Assembly: GCA_902802945.1 (NCBI GenBank)
Contig: CADCOC010000002.1
Coordinates: 9,853-73,852, forward strand
DNA: 64,000 nt
Reading direction: 5' to 3'
Source of the DNA: an uncultured bacterium
GTDB lineage: Bacteria; Verrucomicrobiota; Kiritimatiellia; RFP12; UBA1067
Both the position numbers and the translations under genes were made by a program. Shown piece after piece: positions 28,804 to 37,602 of the stretch. Under the pieces are notes generated by a model that saw only the letters and a list, made by a program, of their open reading frames with translations, was not told the origin of the DNA and ran no database searches. Position 1 is the first letter of the stretch. Each line of letters begins with the position of its first letter.

Positions 28804-31800
28804 ATGAACAAAACGATTCTGTCGCTCGCGGTAGTTCTTACATCGGCGTGCTCGGGGTTTGCGGCGTTTCGTCCGCCCGCCGTGCCGCTCGTATCATGCG
28901 ACCCGTTCTTCAGCGTGTGGAGCGCGGCGGATACGCTCACGGAGAAGGAGACGACCCACTGGGCCGGCGCGAAACAGCCGATCTCCATCACCCTCACTGC
29001 CGATGGCAAGACGTGGCGTCTCTGCGGCCTCGAGCCGCAATCTATTCCAGCGTTGCCACAGACGGGCGTGAAAGTGATGCCGCTCCAAACCCGCTATGCC
29101 TTCGCTGGCAACGGCCTAAGAGTTTCGCTAGTATTCTCGACGGCGAAATTGACCGATGACTTGGATGTATTTTCGCGCCCGGTCACCTACGTGACCGCCT
29201 ACGTGGAGGGCGCGAAGGAGTGGAAGCTCAGCGCCACGATTTCGCCCGCGCTCGCGACGAACAACGACAAGGCGCAGATGGTCACCAACCGTTGCACAGT
29301 GGCGGGGCTGCCTGCAATCTCGATCGGACGGAAGGAGCAGCGTCCGCTTGCCTACAGCGGTGACCGCGTGCGCTGCGACTGGGGTTATGCGTGGCTCGTG
29401 GGCCCGAGCAAGGTGGCCGCGACAAGCGCGGCCCTCCCGCAGAGTGGCGGGGATGGCGTGGTTGAGGAATCGCATTTCCTCCTCGCCTACGACGACGTGA
29501 AGGCGATCCAGTTCTTTGGCGACGATCTCCCCGCGTGGTGGCGTCGCGACGGACTTTCCTTCACGGCTATGCTGGAGAAAGCCGAGGCGGAACGCGCCGC
29601 GCTCCTGAAGAAAATGGATGCGTTCGATGCAGAACTTTACGCCGATCTCGTAAAGGTCGGCGGCGAGAAGTACGCGGCGCTCGCGAGCCTCGCCTACCGC
29701 CAGACGTTCGCCGCGTGCAAGCTCGCGGCGGACCGCAACAACCAGCCGCTCTACTTCTCGAAGGAACAGGACTCCAACGGCTGCATCGGGACGGTGGATA
29801 TCCTCTATCCGCAGTCGCCGCAGATGCTGTTTGTCAGTCCTACGCTCATGCGTGCCATGCTCGCGCCTGTGCTCGTCTACGCCTCCCATTCGCGCTGGCC
29901 GTGGCCGTTTGCGCCGCATGACCTCGGGCAGTACCCCCTCGCCAACCAACAGCGCTACGGTGGCGGCGAGAAGGGGAAGAGGGAATCGCTGCTGATGCCC
30001 GTGGAGGAGAGCGGTAACATGATCATCTGCCTCGCGGCACTCGCGCAGATCGAAGGCACGGCCGAGTTCGCGTCGTACTGGTGGCCCACCGTCACGAAGT
30101 GGGCGGAGTACCTCGCGAAGTTCGGCTTCGATCCCGGCAACCAGCTCTGCACGGACGACTTTGCGGGACACCTCGCACACAACGCGAACCTCGCCGCGAA
30201 GTCCATCGTGGCCCTCGCCTGCTACGCCCGCCTCGCGGAGGCGCTCGGCTACTTCGACGTCGCCGCGAAGTACGCCAAGATGGCGAAGGACATGGTGCCG
30301 AAGTGGATGGAGGCCGCAAAGGGCGGCGCGGAGGGCGCGTACCGTCTCGCCTACGACCGTCCCGGCACATGGTCGATGAAGTACAACCTCGTGTGGGACC
30401 GCGTGCTCGGCCTCGGGCTCTTCCCGCAGTCCGTGTTCGACGCGGAGGCCAACGCCTACTGCCGTCTCGCACGCCCCTTCGGTCTGCCGCTCGACAACCG
30501 CAAGCTCTGGACGAAAACCGACTGGGAGCTCTGGTGCGCCGCGTTCACCGACCGCCGCGAGTGTTTCGACGCCATCGTCGACCGCGTCTATCGCTTCGCC
30601 AACGAGACGCCGAGCCGCGTGGCGTTCTCCGACTGGTACTGGACCCACAACTCGAAGTACGTCCACTTCATCGGGCGCAGCGTGATCGGCGGCGTGTTCA
30701 TGCCGATGCTTCGCAGCGGGGCGATGTGGAAGAAGTACGCCTCGCGCGACAAGGCAAAGACAGGTGTCTATGCCCCGCTCAAGGAGCGGGCAAGGTGCAA
30801 GATCATCGCCCCGGAAGGGCGTATGTCGGCGGACATCAAATGGAAGTACACCTTCACGAAGCCGCCGGCGGGATGGGAGCAGCCGGGATTCGACGATTCC
30901 GGGTGGCAGACCGGCGCGGGCGGATTCGGATTGGCCGGCACGCCGGGCGCAAGCGTCCGCACGAAGTGGGACACGAAGAACATCTGGTTGCGCCGCCATG
31001 TGTCGCTTGACGCCGTGCCTGCCGAGCCGTTCCTTTCAATCCACCACGACGACGACACGAAGGTGTGGTTCAACGGCGTGCTGGCCGGAGACTTCCATTG
31101 CTACTCGTGCGACTACGAGCCGCAGAATGTGTCCGCTGCCGCCGTAAAGGTGCTCAAGCCCGGCGACAACGTGATCGCCTCGACCACGTACCAGGACTAC
31201 GGCGGACAGTACATCGACTACGGTCTTGCGGCGTCCAACGACGAAGAGGACGCCTTCAACCTCGCGTCGTTCAACATCCGCTGTCCGAGTCCGTCGGATA
31301 CGGAAAACAATTTCTGGTCCAACCGCTTCCCGTACGTCGTCCAGGTGATCAACAACCGTCGTTTCGACATCGTGGGCATGCAGGAGCTCGCGCCCAAGCA
31401 GAGGAAATACCTCGACGAGGCGTTGGGCGATGGCTGGGGACGTATTGGCATCGGGCGTCTGCCGGATGACAAGGGCGAGTCGATGACCATCTACTATCGC
31501 AAGGACCGGTTCGAGTGCCTGGACACAGACACCTTCTGGCTCTCCGAGACGCCGCGCGAGCCTGGGTCGGAGTCGTGGAACACGGCCTGCCCGCGCATCT
31601 GCACGTGGGGCCTTTTCCGCGACAAGCGCACGGGCCGGAAGTTCCGCTACTACAACACGCACCTCGACCACATCAGTAACGAGGCGCGCGTGAAGGGCAT
31701 GAGAATTATCCTATCGGAAATGCGCCGCCTCTCGCAGGGCGAGACCGTCTTCCTCACCGGCGACATGAACGCGCACTACAAGCACGTCCCGGCGGAAGAC

Positions 31801-32094
31801 CGTGCACGTCTCGAGGCGGGCGGCGGACCCGTCATCGACGATCCCGAGACGATTGGTGGCCCGATTGCCGCCGCGCTGCACACGCTCTACGACACGCGCC
31901 TCATGAGCGAGACGCCGCACGAAGGACCGCTCTTCACGTTCAGCGGGTACAGGCCGCGCAACGTCTGCCTCATCGACTTCATCTTCGCGACGGGCAACGT
32001 GCGCGTGCTGCGCCACGTCACGTGCAACGAGCGTCCAGACGGCATCCACCCGAGCGACCACGACGCCGTGATGGCGCGGATGGTGATCAAATGA
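28804..32094 (+). CDS. Secreted fusion protein: glutaminase-A-like (DUF5127/DUF4965/DUF1793) catalytic region + jelly-roll domain + C-terminal endonuclease/exonuclease/phosphatase (EEP) domain
   Basis: Signal peptide MNKTILSLAVVLTSACSG. FRPPAVPLVSCDPFFSVWSAADTLTE is the glutaminase-A-family N-terminus. The C-terminal FNIRCPSPSD...DIVGMQEL...YNTHLDH...SDHDAVMARMVI carries the EEP motifs. The gene contains an R4 repeat copy at 29413-29440. Confidence 0.7.
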   Translation: MNKTILSLAVVLTSACSGFAAFRPPAVPLVSCDPFFSVWSAADTLTEKETTHWAGAKQPISITLTADGKTWRLCGLEPQSIPALPQTGVKVMPLQTRYAFAGNGLRVSLVFSTAKLTDDLDVFSRPVTYVTAYVEGAKEWKLSATISPALATNNDKAQMVTNRCTVAGLPAISIGRKEQRPLAYSGDRVRCDWGYAWLVGPSKVAATSAALPQSGGDGVVEESHFLLAYDDVKAIQFFGDDLPAWWRRDGLSFTAMLEKAEAERAALLKKMDAFDAELYADLVKVGGEKYAALASLAYRQTFAACKLAADRNNQPLYFSKEQDSNGCIGTVDILYPQSPQMLFVSPTLMRAMLAPVLVYASHSRWPWPFAPHDLGQYPLANQQRYGGGEKGKRESLLMPVEESGNMIICLAALAQIEGTAEFASYWWPTVTKWAEYLAKFGFDPGNQLCTDDFAGHLAHNANLAAKSIVALACYARLAEALGYFDVAAKYAKMAKDMVPKWMEAAKGGAEGAYRLAYDRPGTWSMKYNLVWDRVLGLGLFPQSVFDAEANAYCRLARPFGLPLDNRKLWTKTDWELWCAAFTDRRECFDAIVDRVYRFANETPSRVAFSDWYWTHNSKYVHFIGRSVIGGVFMPMLRSGAMWKKYASRDKAKTGVYAPLKERARCKIIAPEGRMSADIKWKYTFTKPPAGWEQPGFDDSGWQTGAGGFGLAGTPGASVRTKWDTKNIWLRRHVSLDAVPAEPFLSIHHDDDTKVWFNGVLAGDFHCYSCDYEPQNVSAAAVKVLKPGDNVIASTTYQDYGGQYIDYGLAASNDEEDAFNLASFNIRCPSPSDTENNFWSNRFPYVVQVINNRRFDIVGMQELAPKQRKYLDEALGDGWGRIGIGRLPDDKGESMTIYYRKDRFECLDTDTFWLSETPREPGSESWNTACPRICTWGLFRDKRTGRKFRYYNTHLDHISNEARVKGMRIILSEMRRLSQGETVFLTGDMNAHYKHVPAEDRARLEAGGGPVIDDPETIGGPIAAALHTLYDTRLMSETPHEGPLFTFSGYRPRNVCLIDFIFATGNVRVLRHVTCNERPDGIHPSDHDAVMARMVIK
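29413..29440 (+). repeat. R4 in-frame palindromic mini-repeat, copy 2 (identical 28-mer), encoding KVAATSAALPQS
   Basis: Identical to 24248-24275. Confidence 0.8.
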
Positions 32095-32113
32095 GTTTGA
32101 AAAGGAGAAACAA

Positions 32114-33331
32114 ATGAAGAATGCAGTTCTAGCATTGACGGCGGCTGTTTCCACATTGTGCGCCACGGCAACGGAGTATGACGTGACTCGCTACGGCGCG
32201 AAGCCGGACGGCGCGACGGACAACACCGCCGCCATCCAGAAGGCGATCGACGACTGCGCCGCGAAGGGCGGCGGACGCGTCCTCGTGCCCGGCGGCGGCA
32301 AGTACGTGACCTACACCCTCAACCTCAAGAACAACGTGGAGCTGCACGTCGACCGCGGCGCGACGCTCCTCGGCGGCGAGGATCCGTTCAAGTACCCCGT
32401 GTTCGAGACAAACGCCGTGTGGAACGCCGAGCGTTCCCCGCGCTTCAACCGCCGCGCGATGTTCTACACAGTCGGGCAGACGAACGTGGCCATCACCGGT
32501 TCGGGCACGATCGACGGCAACGCGGAGAAGTTCCATCACGAGGAGAAGCATAACAACTGGACCGGCTACCGCTGGTTCCGCAACAGCCACACGAACATCA
32601 CGGGACGCTGCGTGTTCTTCGTGGGCTGCCGCGACGTGCGCCTCGACGACGTGCTGATCCTGCATCCCGCCGGGTGGAGCACGTGGTTCCTCGACTGCGA
32701 CCGCGTGGGCGTGCGCGGCGTGCGCATCGAGGCGGACAGGCGCTTCCCCAACGGTGACGGACTCCACTTCGGCGGCTGTCGTGACGTGGTCGTCTCGGAC
32801 TGCATCGTCCATTCCCAGGACGACGCGCTCATCCTGCGCACGCACCAGGAGCAGATGAAGAAGCCGCGTCCCTGCGAGCGCGTGGTCGTGAACAACTGCA
32901 TCCTCAACTCCTACGGCGCGTATGCGATCCGCATCGGCTGGACGGGAGACGGCCCCGTGCGCGACATCACGGTGAACAACATCGTGAGTACGATTTCCCG
33001 GGCCGGCGTCGGCTTCACGCTGCCGCCCGAGCCGCCCGCGCCGAAGGAGTACATGGACCCGCCGCGCGGACGCGGACTCGTCCCGCCCCCGCTTTCGGAG
33101 CGGCTGCCGTTCTACGCCGAGAACATCCACTTCTCGAACATGACGATATACGGCTCCCGCGCCCCGCTCGACATCTCCATCGGCGACAACCAGCGCGTGG
33201 ACTACATCAAGAACATCTCCTTCTCGCACTGCCGCTTCAAGTCGCCGAACCTGCCGCGCACCAGGTTCCACGAGCGGAACAACGTCCGCGACTGGTGCTT
33301 CAGCGACGTCGTCTTCGAGATCGGCGAGTGA
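32114..33331 (+). CDS. Glycoside hydrolase family 28 / pectate-lyase-fold (polygalacturonase-like) secreted enzyme
   Basis: Signal peptide. YDVTRYGAKPDGATDNTAAIQKAIDDCAAKGGGRVLVPGG is the GH28 N-terminal signature. Beta-helix repeats follow. RBS 'aaaaggagaaac'. Confidence 0.75.
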   Translation: MKNAVLALTAAVSTLCATATEYDVTRYGAKPDGATDNTAAIQKAIDDCAAKGGGRVLVPGGGKYVTYTLNLKNNVELHVDRGATLLGGEDPFKYPVFETNAVWNAERSPRFNRRAMFYTVGQTNVAITGSGTIDGNAEKFHHEEKHNNWTGYRWFRNSHTNITGRCVFFVGCRDVRLDDVLILHPAGWSTWFLDCDRVGVRGVRIEADRRFPNGDGLHFGGCRDVVVSDCIVHSQDDALILRTHQEQMKKPRPCERVVVNNCILNSYGAYAIRIGWTGDGPVRDITVNNIVSTISRAGVGFTLPPEPPAPKEYMDPPRGRGLVPPPLSERLPFYAENIHFSNMTIYGSRAPLDISIGDNQRVDYIKNISFSHCRFKSPNLPRTRFHERNNVRDWCFSDVVFEIGE

Positions 33332-33397
33332 CCGCAGCACGACGCGGGGATATTGTGATACGGCATGTCCAAATCTAAAACGGAGACCTGTTGAAAG

Positions 33398-34042
33398 ATG
33401 CGGCTTTACCATGGATCTAAATCTGGCTTGACGGGGACGATCGCCCCCGTTAGCCGTGATGTCTGCGACTTCGGACGTGGCTTCTACATGGGCACGGAGA
33501 AGACGCAGCCGCTTACGCTCATCTGCCATGGCGAGTCGCCTAAGTTCTACGAGATCGACTATGATCTTGACGGGTTGCGTGTATATCGTTTTGAGGCAAA
33601 CTTGGACTGGGCCATGTTCGTGGTGTGGAACAGACGGGCGATTCCTGAACGGCTCAAGCCGTATTACGACGAAAAGTTCCTGCCAATAGTGCAATCGAAC
33701 GACGTGATTGTCGGCAAGATCGCCAATGACCGCATGGTTGTGGTGTTGGACTGGTTCTTTCAGGGATTCATTTCCGACATCGGACTTCTGGAGTCGCTTC
33801 AGGCGCTTAACCTCGGCGACCAGTACTGCGCAAAGACGGCGGAGGCTTGTACGCGCGTCAGAATCGTGAACGAAAAGTCGCTTTCGCCCAACGAATGCGA
33901 AATGTTGCGCGTCAAATCAGAGAATCAGCGCAAACTCGCCGTAAGGATGGTGGATCGCATCAGGCTCCTCCATCGCCGCGATGGAATGATCTTTCAGGAA
34001 ATCATCGAGCGAGACACGGGGAGGAAATGGGATGAACCTTGA
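33398..34042 (+). CDS. DUF3990 domain protein
   Basis: MRLYHGSKSGLTGTIAPVSRDVCDFGRGFYMGTEKTQPLT matches the DUF3990 N-terminal signature (LYHGS...DFG.GFY). This is the first gene of the low-GC island. Confidence 0.7.
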   Translation: MRLYHGSKSGLTGTIAPVSRDVCDFGRGFYMGTEKTQPLTLICHGESPKFYEIDYDLDGLRVYRFEANLDWAMFVVWNRRAIPERLKPYYDEKFLPIVQSNDVIVGKIANDRMVVVLDWFFQGFISDIGLLESLQALNLGDQYCAKTAEACTRVRIVNEKSLSPNECEMLRVKSENQRKLAVRMVDRIRLLHRRDGMIFQEIIERDTGRKWDEP

Positions 34043-34466
34043 CGTGTTCCAGATGCAGCAATGCGAGAACCAGGGACGGCTCTTCGAGAGCCTTGACCGG
34101 CGTCCCGTCGACGCGAAGGCGTTTATCAAGGCGTTCATGAACTCGCGTGCGGCGGCGGGGCTGGACTCGACCTTCGATCATTTCCAGTGGGCTGGCATCG
34201 AATACATCTACGAGGATGTCGTGGAGGAGTTCAACCTCCAGCCAGATCCGAACCCGCCGCGCTACAACACCGAGGCGCTTTGGTACGGCGGCTATATCAC
34301 GCGCTACTGGCACTATCTCACGGGCGAGACGATGAAGGAAATCTACTCCCAGTGCGATGAGAATCTTCTGCTTCAGTGCTACGGTTTCCATTCCGAAGCC
34401 AACGAATTGGCCATCGAGGACATCAAGGCGATAGCACAAAACAGGATCGGGGATAATATGGTATAA
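34032..34466 (+). CDS. Hypothetical protein with a DUF3791-like C-terminal region. It is a partner of DUF3990 and overlaps it by 11 nt.
   Basis: The C-terminal ...MKEIYSQCDENLLLQCYGFHSEANELAIEDIKAI resembles the DUF3791 pattern seen in the 36681 and 37381 proteins. Confidence 0.45.
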   Translation: MNLDVFQMQQCENQGRLFESLDRRPVDAKAFIKAFMNSRAAAGLDSTFDHFQWAGIEYIYEDVVEEFNLQPDPNPPRYNTEALWYGGYITRYWHYLTGETMKEIYSQCDENLLLQCYGFHSEANELAIEDIKAIAQNRIGDNMV

Positions 34467-34467
34467 T
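34459..34467 (+). promoter_or_regulatory. Extended -10 TGGTATAAT, overlapping the stop of the upstream gene and ahead of the ATPase gene
   Basis: 'ataatatggtataatact', then 'gaaagga' and ATG 34498. Confidence 0.35.
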
Positions 34468-34497
34468 ACTTCCCGGTTTAGAAAGGAATTCTTGCCA

Positions 34498-35802
34498 ATG
34501 GCATGTACAACTCTTACATTGAAATTAGAGAACTACAAGGCGATAAGGGATGCCACCATCGCACTTGATGACATCACTGTACTTTCGGGAGTCAATGCAT
34601 CTGGGAAGAGTACCATTGCTCATGTATTCCACGGTATCATAAACCTCAGCGCAACTTATAATGAATGGGCGATCAGGTCTGCATGGTCAATGCTCGCGCC
34701 GCTCGTATGGGAGATAGCAAGTTTGGTTGGAAGGTTGTCCAATGGGAATGGTTATGAAGGAGGTGCGCTGAACAATGCCATCGTTGATGATTTTGATCGC
34801 AATCTGCTCGTGCGTCCGTATTCCGATACGATCAAGGCCGTGAGTGATGTTTTGTCCAATATCGGAGACCAGATCGTCGCTCGTAAGGAAGATGAAAGTG
34901 CAATAAGGGCTTTTGACGTTTTCCTTAGAAACATCTCTAAGCACAATGAGATATCGGCCGAAAACTATGCCGCACGAGTCAGAAACCTGTTGGGCGAGTC
35001 GCAGGCGAAATACGAGGAATTGATTCGCCAACGTGTTTATACGGCATACAATGTTGCTGCTCCTAAGATGCGCGATTGGCTGATGTTTCCCGGGACAATT
35101 CGTTTTTCAGAGGGCGATACGGTCGTATATCATACGAAGAAGACCCAAACGAGCAATGCCCAGCCGATGTCGGACTTGAAAGAAATCTACGGCGTAAAGA
35201 GGGCAATCTACATTGAGTCGCCGTGGACAAGCATTCCGACACTACAGAAAGACGGGCGGCTTGATATGCACGACGGGTATGTTTATCCTGTCGGGAAATT
35301 GAGTAATCAACCGAAAGCTGGATTGTTTGAAGTCTTAGGCGGTAGCTTGAAAAACGAAGATGGACATTGGCAGTATTTGCGTAAAGATGGCTTGCCGCCT
35401 ATCGACCTTTCAATATGTGCGACCGGCATGAAGGCGCTGTCCATCCTCGAGATTTTGCATGATGGCGGGTATTTGGACGACGACACGCTCTTGATCGTTG
35501 ACGAGCCAGAAGCCCACTTGCACCCGCAATGGGTATTTGAGTATGCCAAGATTCTCGTGGCTTTGAACCGCAAGTACCAAGTGCGCCTGCTCATTACCAG
35601 TCACAATCCCGACATGGTCAACGCCATCAGGACAATAGCAGATGAAGAAGGAGTGGAGGGTTTGCGCTTTTATGTGTCGGAACCCGTCAACGACAGTCCA
35701 TACGATTTCACCTATCGAGACCTTGGGCGCGATATCGAACCGATCTTCGCGACTTTCAACAAGGCGCTTGATAGCATAGAGTCTTACCGGGGGCGCGCTT
35801 GA
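34498..35802 (+). CDS. ABC/AAA_21-type (SMC/RecF-like) ATPase. It is a component of a candidate two-gene defence or abortive-infection-like module.
   Basis: Walker A LSGVNASGKSTI, a signature-like CATGMKALSILEIL, Walker B LLIVDEPEAHLHPQ and an H-loop ITSHNPD. The architecture is typical of defence-island ATPases. Confidence 0.65.
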   Translation: MACTTLTLKLENYKAIRDATIALDDITVLSGVNASGKSTIAHVFHGIINLSATYNEWAIRSAWSMLAPLVWEIASLVGRLSNGNGYEGGALNNAIVDDFDRNLLVRPYSDTIKAVSDVLSNIGDQIVARKEDESAIRAFDVFLRNISKHNEISAENYAARVRNLLGESQAKYEELIRQRVYTAYNVAAPKMRDWLMFPGTIRFSEGDTVVYHTKKTQTSNAQPMSDLKEIYGVKRAIYIESPWTSIPTLQKDGRLDMHDGYVYPVGKLSNQPKAGLFEVLGGSLKNEDGHWQYLRKDGLPPIDLSICATGMKALSILEILHDGGYLDDDTLLIVDEPEAHLHPQWVFEYAKILVALNRKYQVRLLITSHNPDMVNAIRTIADEEGVEGLRFYVSEPVNDSPYDFTYRDLGRDIEPIFATFNKALDSIESYRGRA

Positions 35803-36425
35803 TGCGTATTTTATCGGGACAGGGCGGCAGGATTTTCCTCACGGATGCGATTCACCCAGTATCCAATGAGTGCATTGGGTTGAGGGATGGAATGCAGAAG
35901 ATGTTTGACGAAGGCATTTCCGCGCTTGACACCAATGAAGACCTCGACGAGACCGTGCGTGCTGTCGCACGGAATGACCTTGAACAGGAACGACCCGCCT
36001 GCAATGAAATCGCGGATTCGCTTTATGTGGTCAATGGCGACGCATGGTCGAACCGCATTGACGCCGAGGCCGGCCAGCCCTTTGCCAAATCTGTCGATTT
36101 GCTCGTGCCAGTTGAGGAGGACGGCTCTTCGTCTATCCTGTTTGTCGAGGGCAAGTTGGGGCTTGCACCTCGCGAACGGCGAAGCCGGCTGCGAAATCCG
36201 CGCTATGCCGATGTGGTAGAGAAATACTGCGCGACAAAATCAAAGGTCTGTCGAGAACATCCCGTCATGCTCTGTCGGACAATGAATCTGATCGTGCCAG
36301 CAGCCGTGCGTGAAGTGGCGCGGAACACATTCTCCCGTCGAAACATGACGAATCAAGTTTGCAGCATCATGCCAATTGACGCACGTGGATTCCTTTTCGG
36401 AATTGGAGTGCCAACCGTCAACTAA
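35802..36425 (+). CDS. Hypothetical 207-aa protein translationally coupled to the ATPase (1-nt TGATG overlap). It is the candidate effector subunit.
   Basis: No confident family. It contains an acidic 'SSILFVEGKLG' motif reminiscent of TOPRIM/DUF4276 (ilvEG) motifs, and a C/H-rich CATKSKVCREHPVMLC stretch. Confidence 0.4.
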   Translation: MRILSGQGGRIFLTDAIHPVSNECIGLRDGMQKMFDEGISALDTNEDLDETVRAVARNDLEQERPACNEIADSLYVVNGDAWSNRIDAEAGQPFAKSVDLLVPVEEDGSSSILFVEGKLGLAPRERRSRLRNPRYADVVEKYCATKSKVCREHPVMLCRTMNLIVPAAVREVARNTFSRRNMTNQVCSIMPIDARGFLFGIGVPTVN

Positions 36426-36497
36426 AGAAAGAGGGAAAATTGAAATGAACGGGCGTGCGCGCATCATTCTTCATACTTGTGCTACATGGGTCGAAAA

Positions 36498-36506
36498 TGG
36501 TATAAT
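36498..36506 (+). promoter_or_regulatory. Extended -10 TGGTATAAT upstream of the DUF3791/DUF3990/LRR operon
   Basis: 'aaaatggtataattaaa', then 'gagggaag' and ATG 36533. Confidence 0.4.
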
Positions 36507-36532
36507 TAAAGCCGTCTGAGGGAAGTGACTGA

Positions 36533-36706
36533 ATGAGCGAAGAGGAAAAGAACAATCTATTCTACGTCTGCTCCCTGATCGAGTATGTGGGGCGCAGGAC
36601 CGCAGGACGAAGAACCGTCGCGGCGACGTGGTCGCCGCGATGGACGACGCTTGCCTCAAAAACAAGTCGGAGGTGCTGCCGTGAGCACAACTTCCATAAC
36701 GAATAA
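36533..36706 (+). CDS. Small ORF (57 aa) with a DUF3791-like N-terminus (NLFYVCSLIEYVG). It is possibly a decayed DUF3791 paralog.
   Basis: Good RBS. The C-terminal half is Arg-rich and low-complexity, and it overlaps the next gene. Confidence 0.3.
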   Translation: MSEEEKNNLFYVCSLIEYVGRRTAGRRTVAATWSPRWTTLASKTSRRCCREHNFHNE

Positions 36707-36917
36707 GCGCGAATTGGAATTCGCCGTGTTCTGCATTGAAAACGTCGCTGCAGCTTGTGGAAAGTCGTCAGGCGATGTCTATCGGGCGTTGTCCGGTGAG
36801 GACGGCATCCTTCATCAATACATCGTGCCGAGTTATGATGTTCTTCACACGCAAGGGAAGGACTACATCGTCAACGACATCCGCGAGGTCATGGCGGAGA
36901 GAGGTGTCGTCGTATGA
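36681..36917 (+). CDS. DUF3791 domain protein
   Basis: GTG start after 'ggaggtg'. LEFAVFCIENVAAACGKSSGDVYRALSGEDGILHQYIVPSYDVLHTQGKDYIVNDIREVM is a canonical DUF3791. Confidence 0.7.
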   Translation: MSTTSITNKRELEFAVFCIENVAAACGKSSGDVYRALSGEDGILHQYIVPSYDVLHTQGKDYIVNDIREVMAERGVVV

Positions 36918-37384
36918 TTCTCTACCATGGCGGAGCCGTTGCGATTGCAGCGCCAGATCTCCTACACTCTCGTAGGGCTGTTGACTTTGGCCCTGGATTC
37001 TACGTGACGCCCATATATGATCAAGCGAGAAGGTGGAGCGAAAAACGGAAAAGGCGCTTGGGCGCTGCCGTCGTATCGAAGTATGAGTTTGATGAAGACG
37101 CTGCCGCAAACCTTAAGATTTTGCGGTTCGATTCATATTCCGAGGCATGGCTTGATTTCATCGTAAAATGCCGCGCGATTGAAGATGATTCTGATTGGGA
37201 TGTCGTATCCGGAGGCGTTGCCAATGACAAGGTGTTTGACACGCTTGAAGCATTCTTTGATGGCTTCGCAACGAAAGCTCAGACCATTGACAGGTTGCGG
37301 ATGGAATCGCCAAACATGCAGTATTGCTTTCGAACTCAGGCTGCTTTGGGCATGCTGCATTTCACGGGGAGCGAGCAGATATGA
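36914..37384 (+). CDS. DUF3990 domain protein (second copy)
   Basis: MILYHGGAVAIAAPDLLHSRRAVDFGPGFYVTPIYDQARRWSEKR. It overlaps the upstream gene by 4 nt. Confidence 0.7.
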   Translation: MILYHGGAVAIAAPDLLHSRRAVDFGPGFYVTPIYDQARRWSEKRKRRLGAAVVSKYEFDEDAAANLKILRFDSYSEAWLDFIVKCRAIEDDSDWDVVSGGVANDKVFDTLEAFFDGFATKAQTIDRLRMESPNMQYCFRTQAALGMLHFTGSEQI

Positions 37385-37602
37385 CGGCGAACAAGAACCT
37401 GCTTCGGATGAAATTCGCCCGTGTGATCGAGGCGTATGCCGCCCGCACTGGCTGTTCGCTTGACGAGGCGCTGGATTGCTTCTATCGCTCGCAGACCTAC
37501 GAGTTGATGCGTGATGGCATATCAGACATGCATTGCATGAGCGACGAGTATCTCGTAGATGAATTGATTGATGAAAAAAACTTGAAAGGAACGGGAAAAT
37601 GA
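37381..37602 (+). CDS. DUF3791-like small protein
   Basis: ATGA overlap with the upstream gene. LRMKFARVIEAYAARTGCSLDEALDCFYRSQTYELMRDGISDMHCMSDEYLVDELI follows the DUF3791 pattern. Confidence 0.55.
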   Translation: MTANKNLLRMKFARVIEAYAARTGCSLDEALDCFYRSQTYELMRDGISDMHCMSDEYLVDELIDEKNLKGTGK

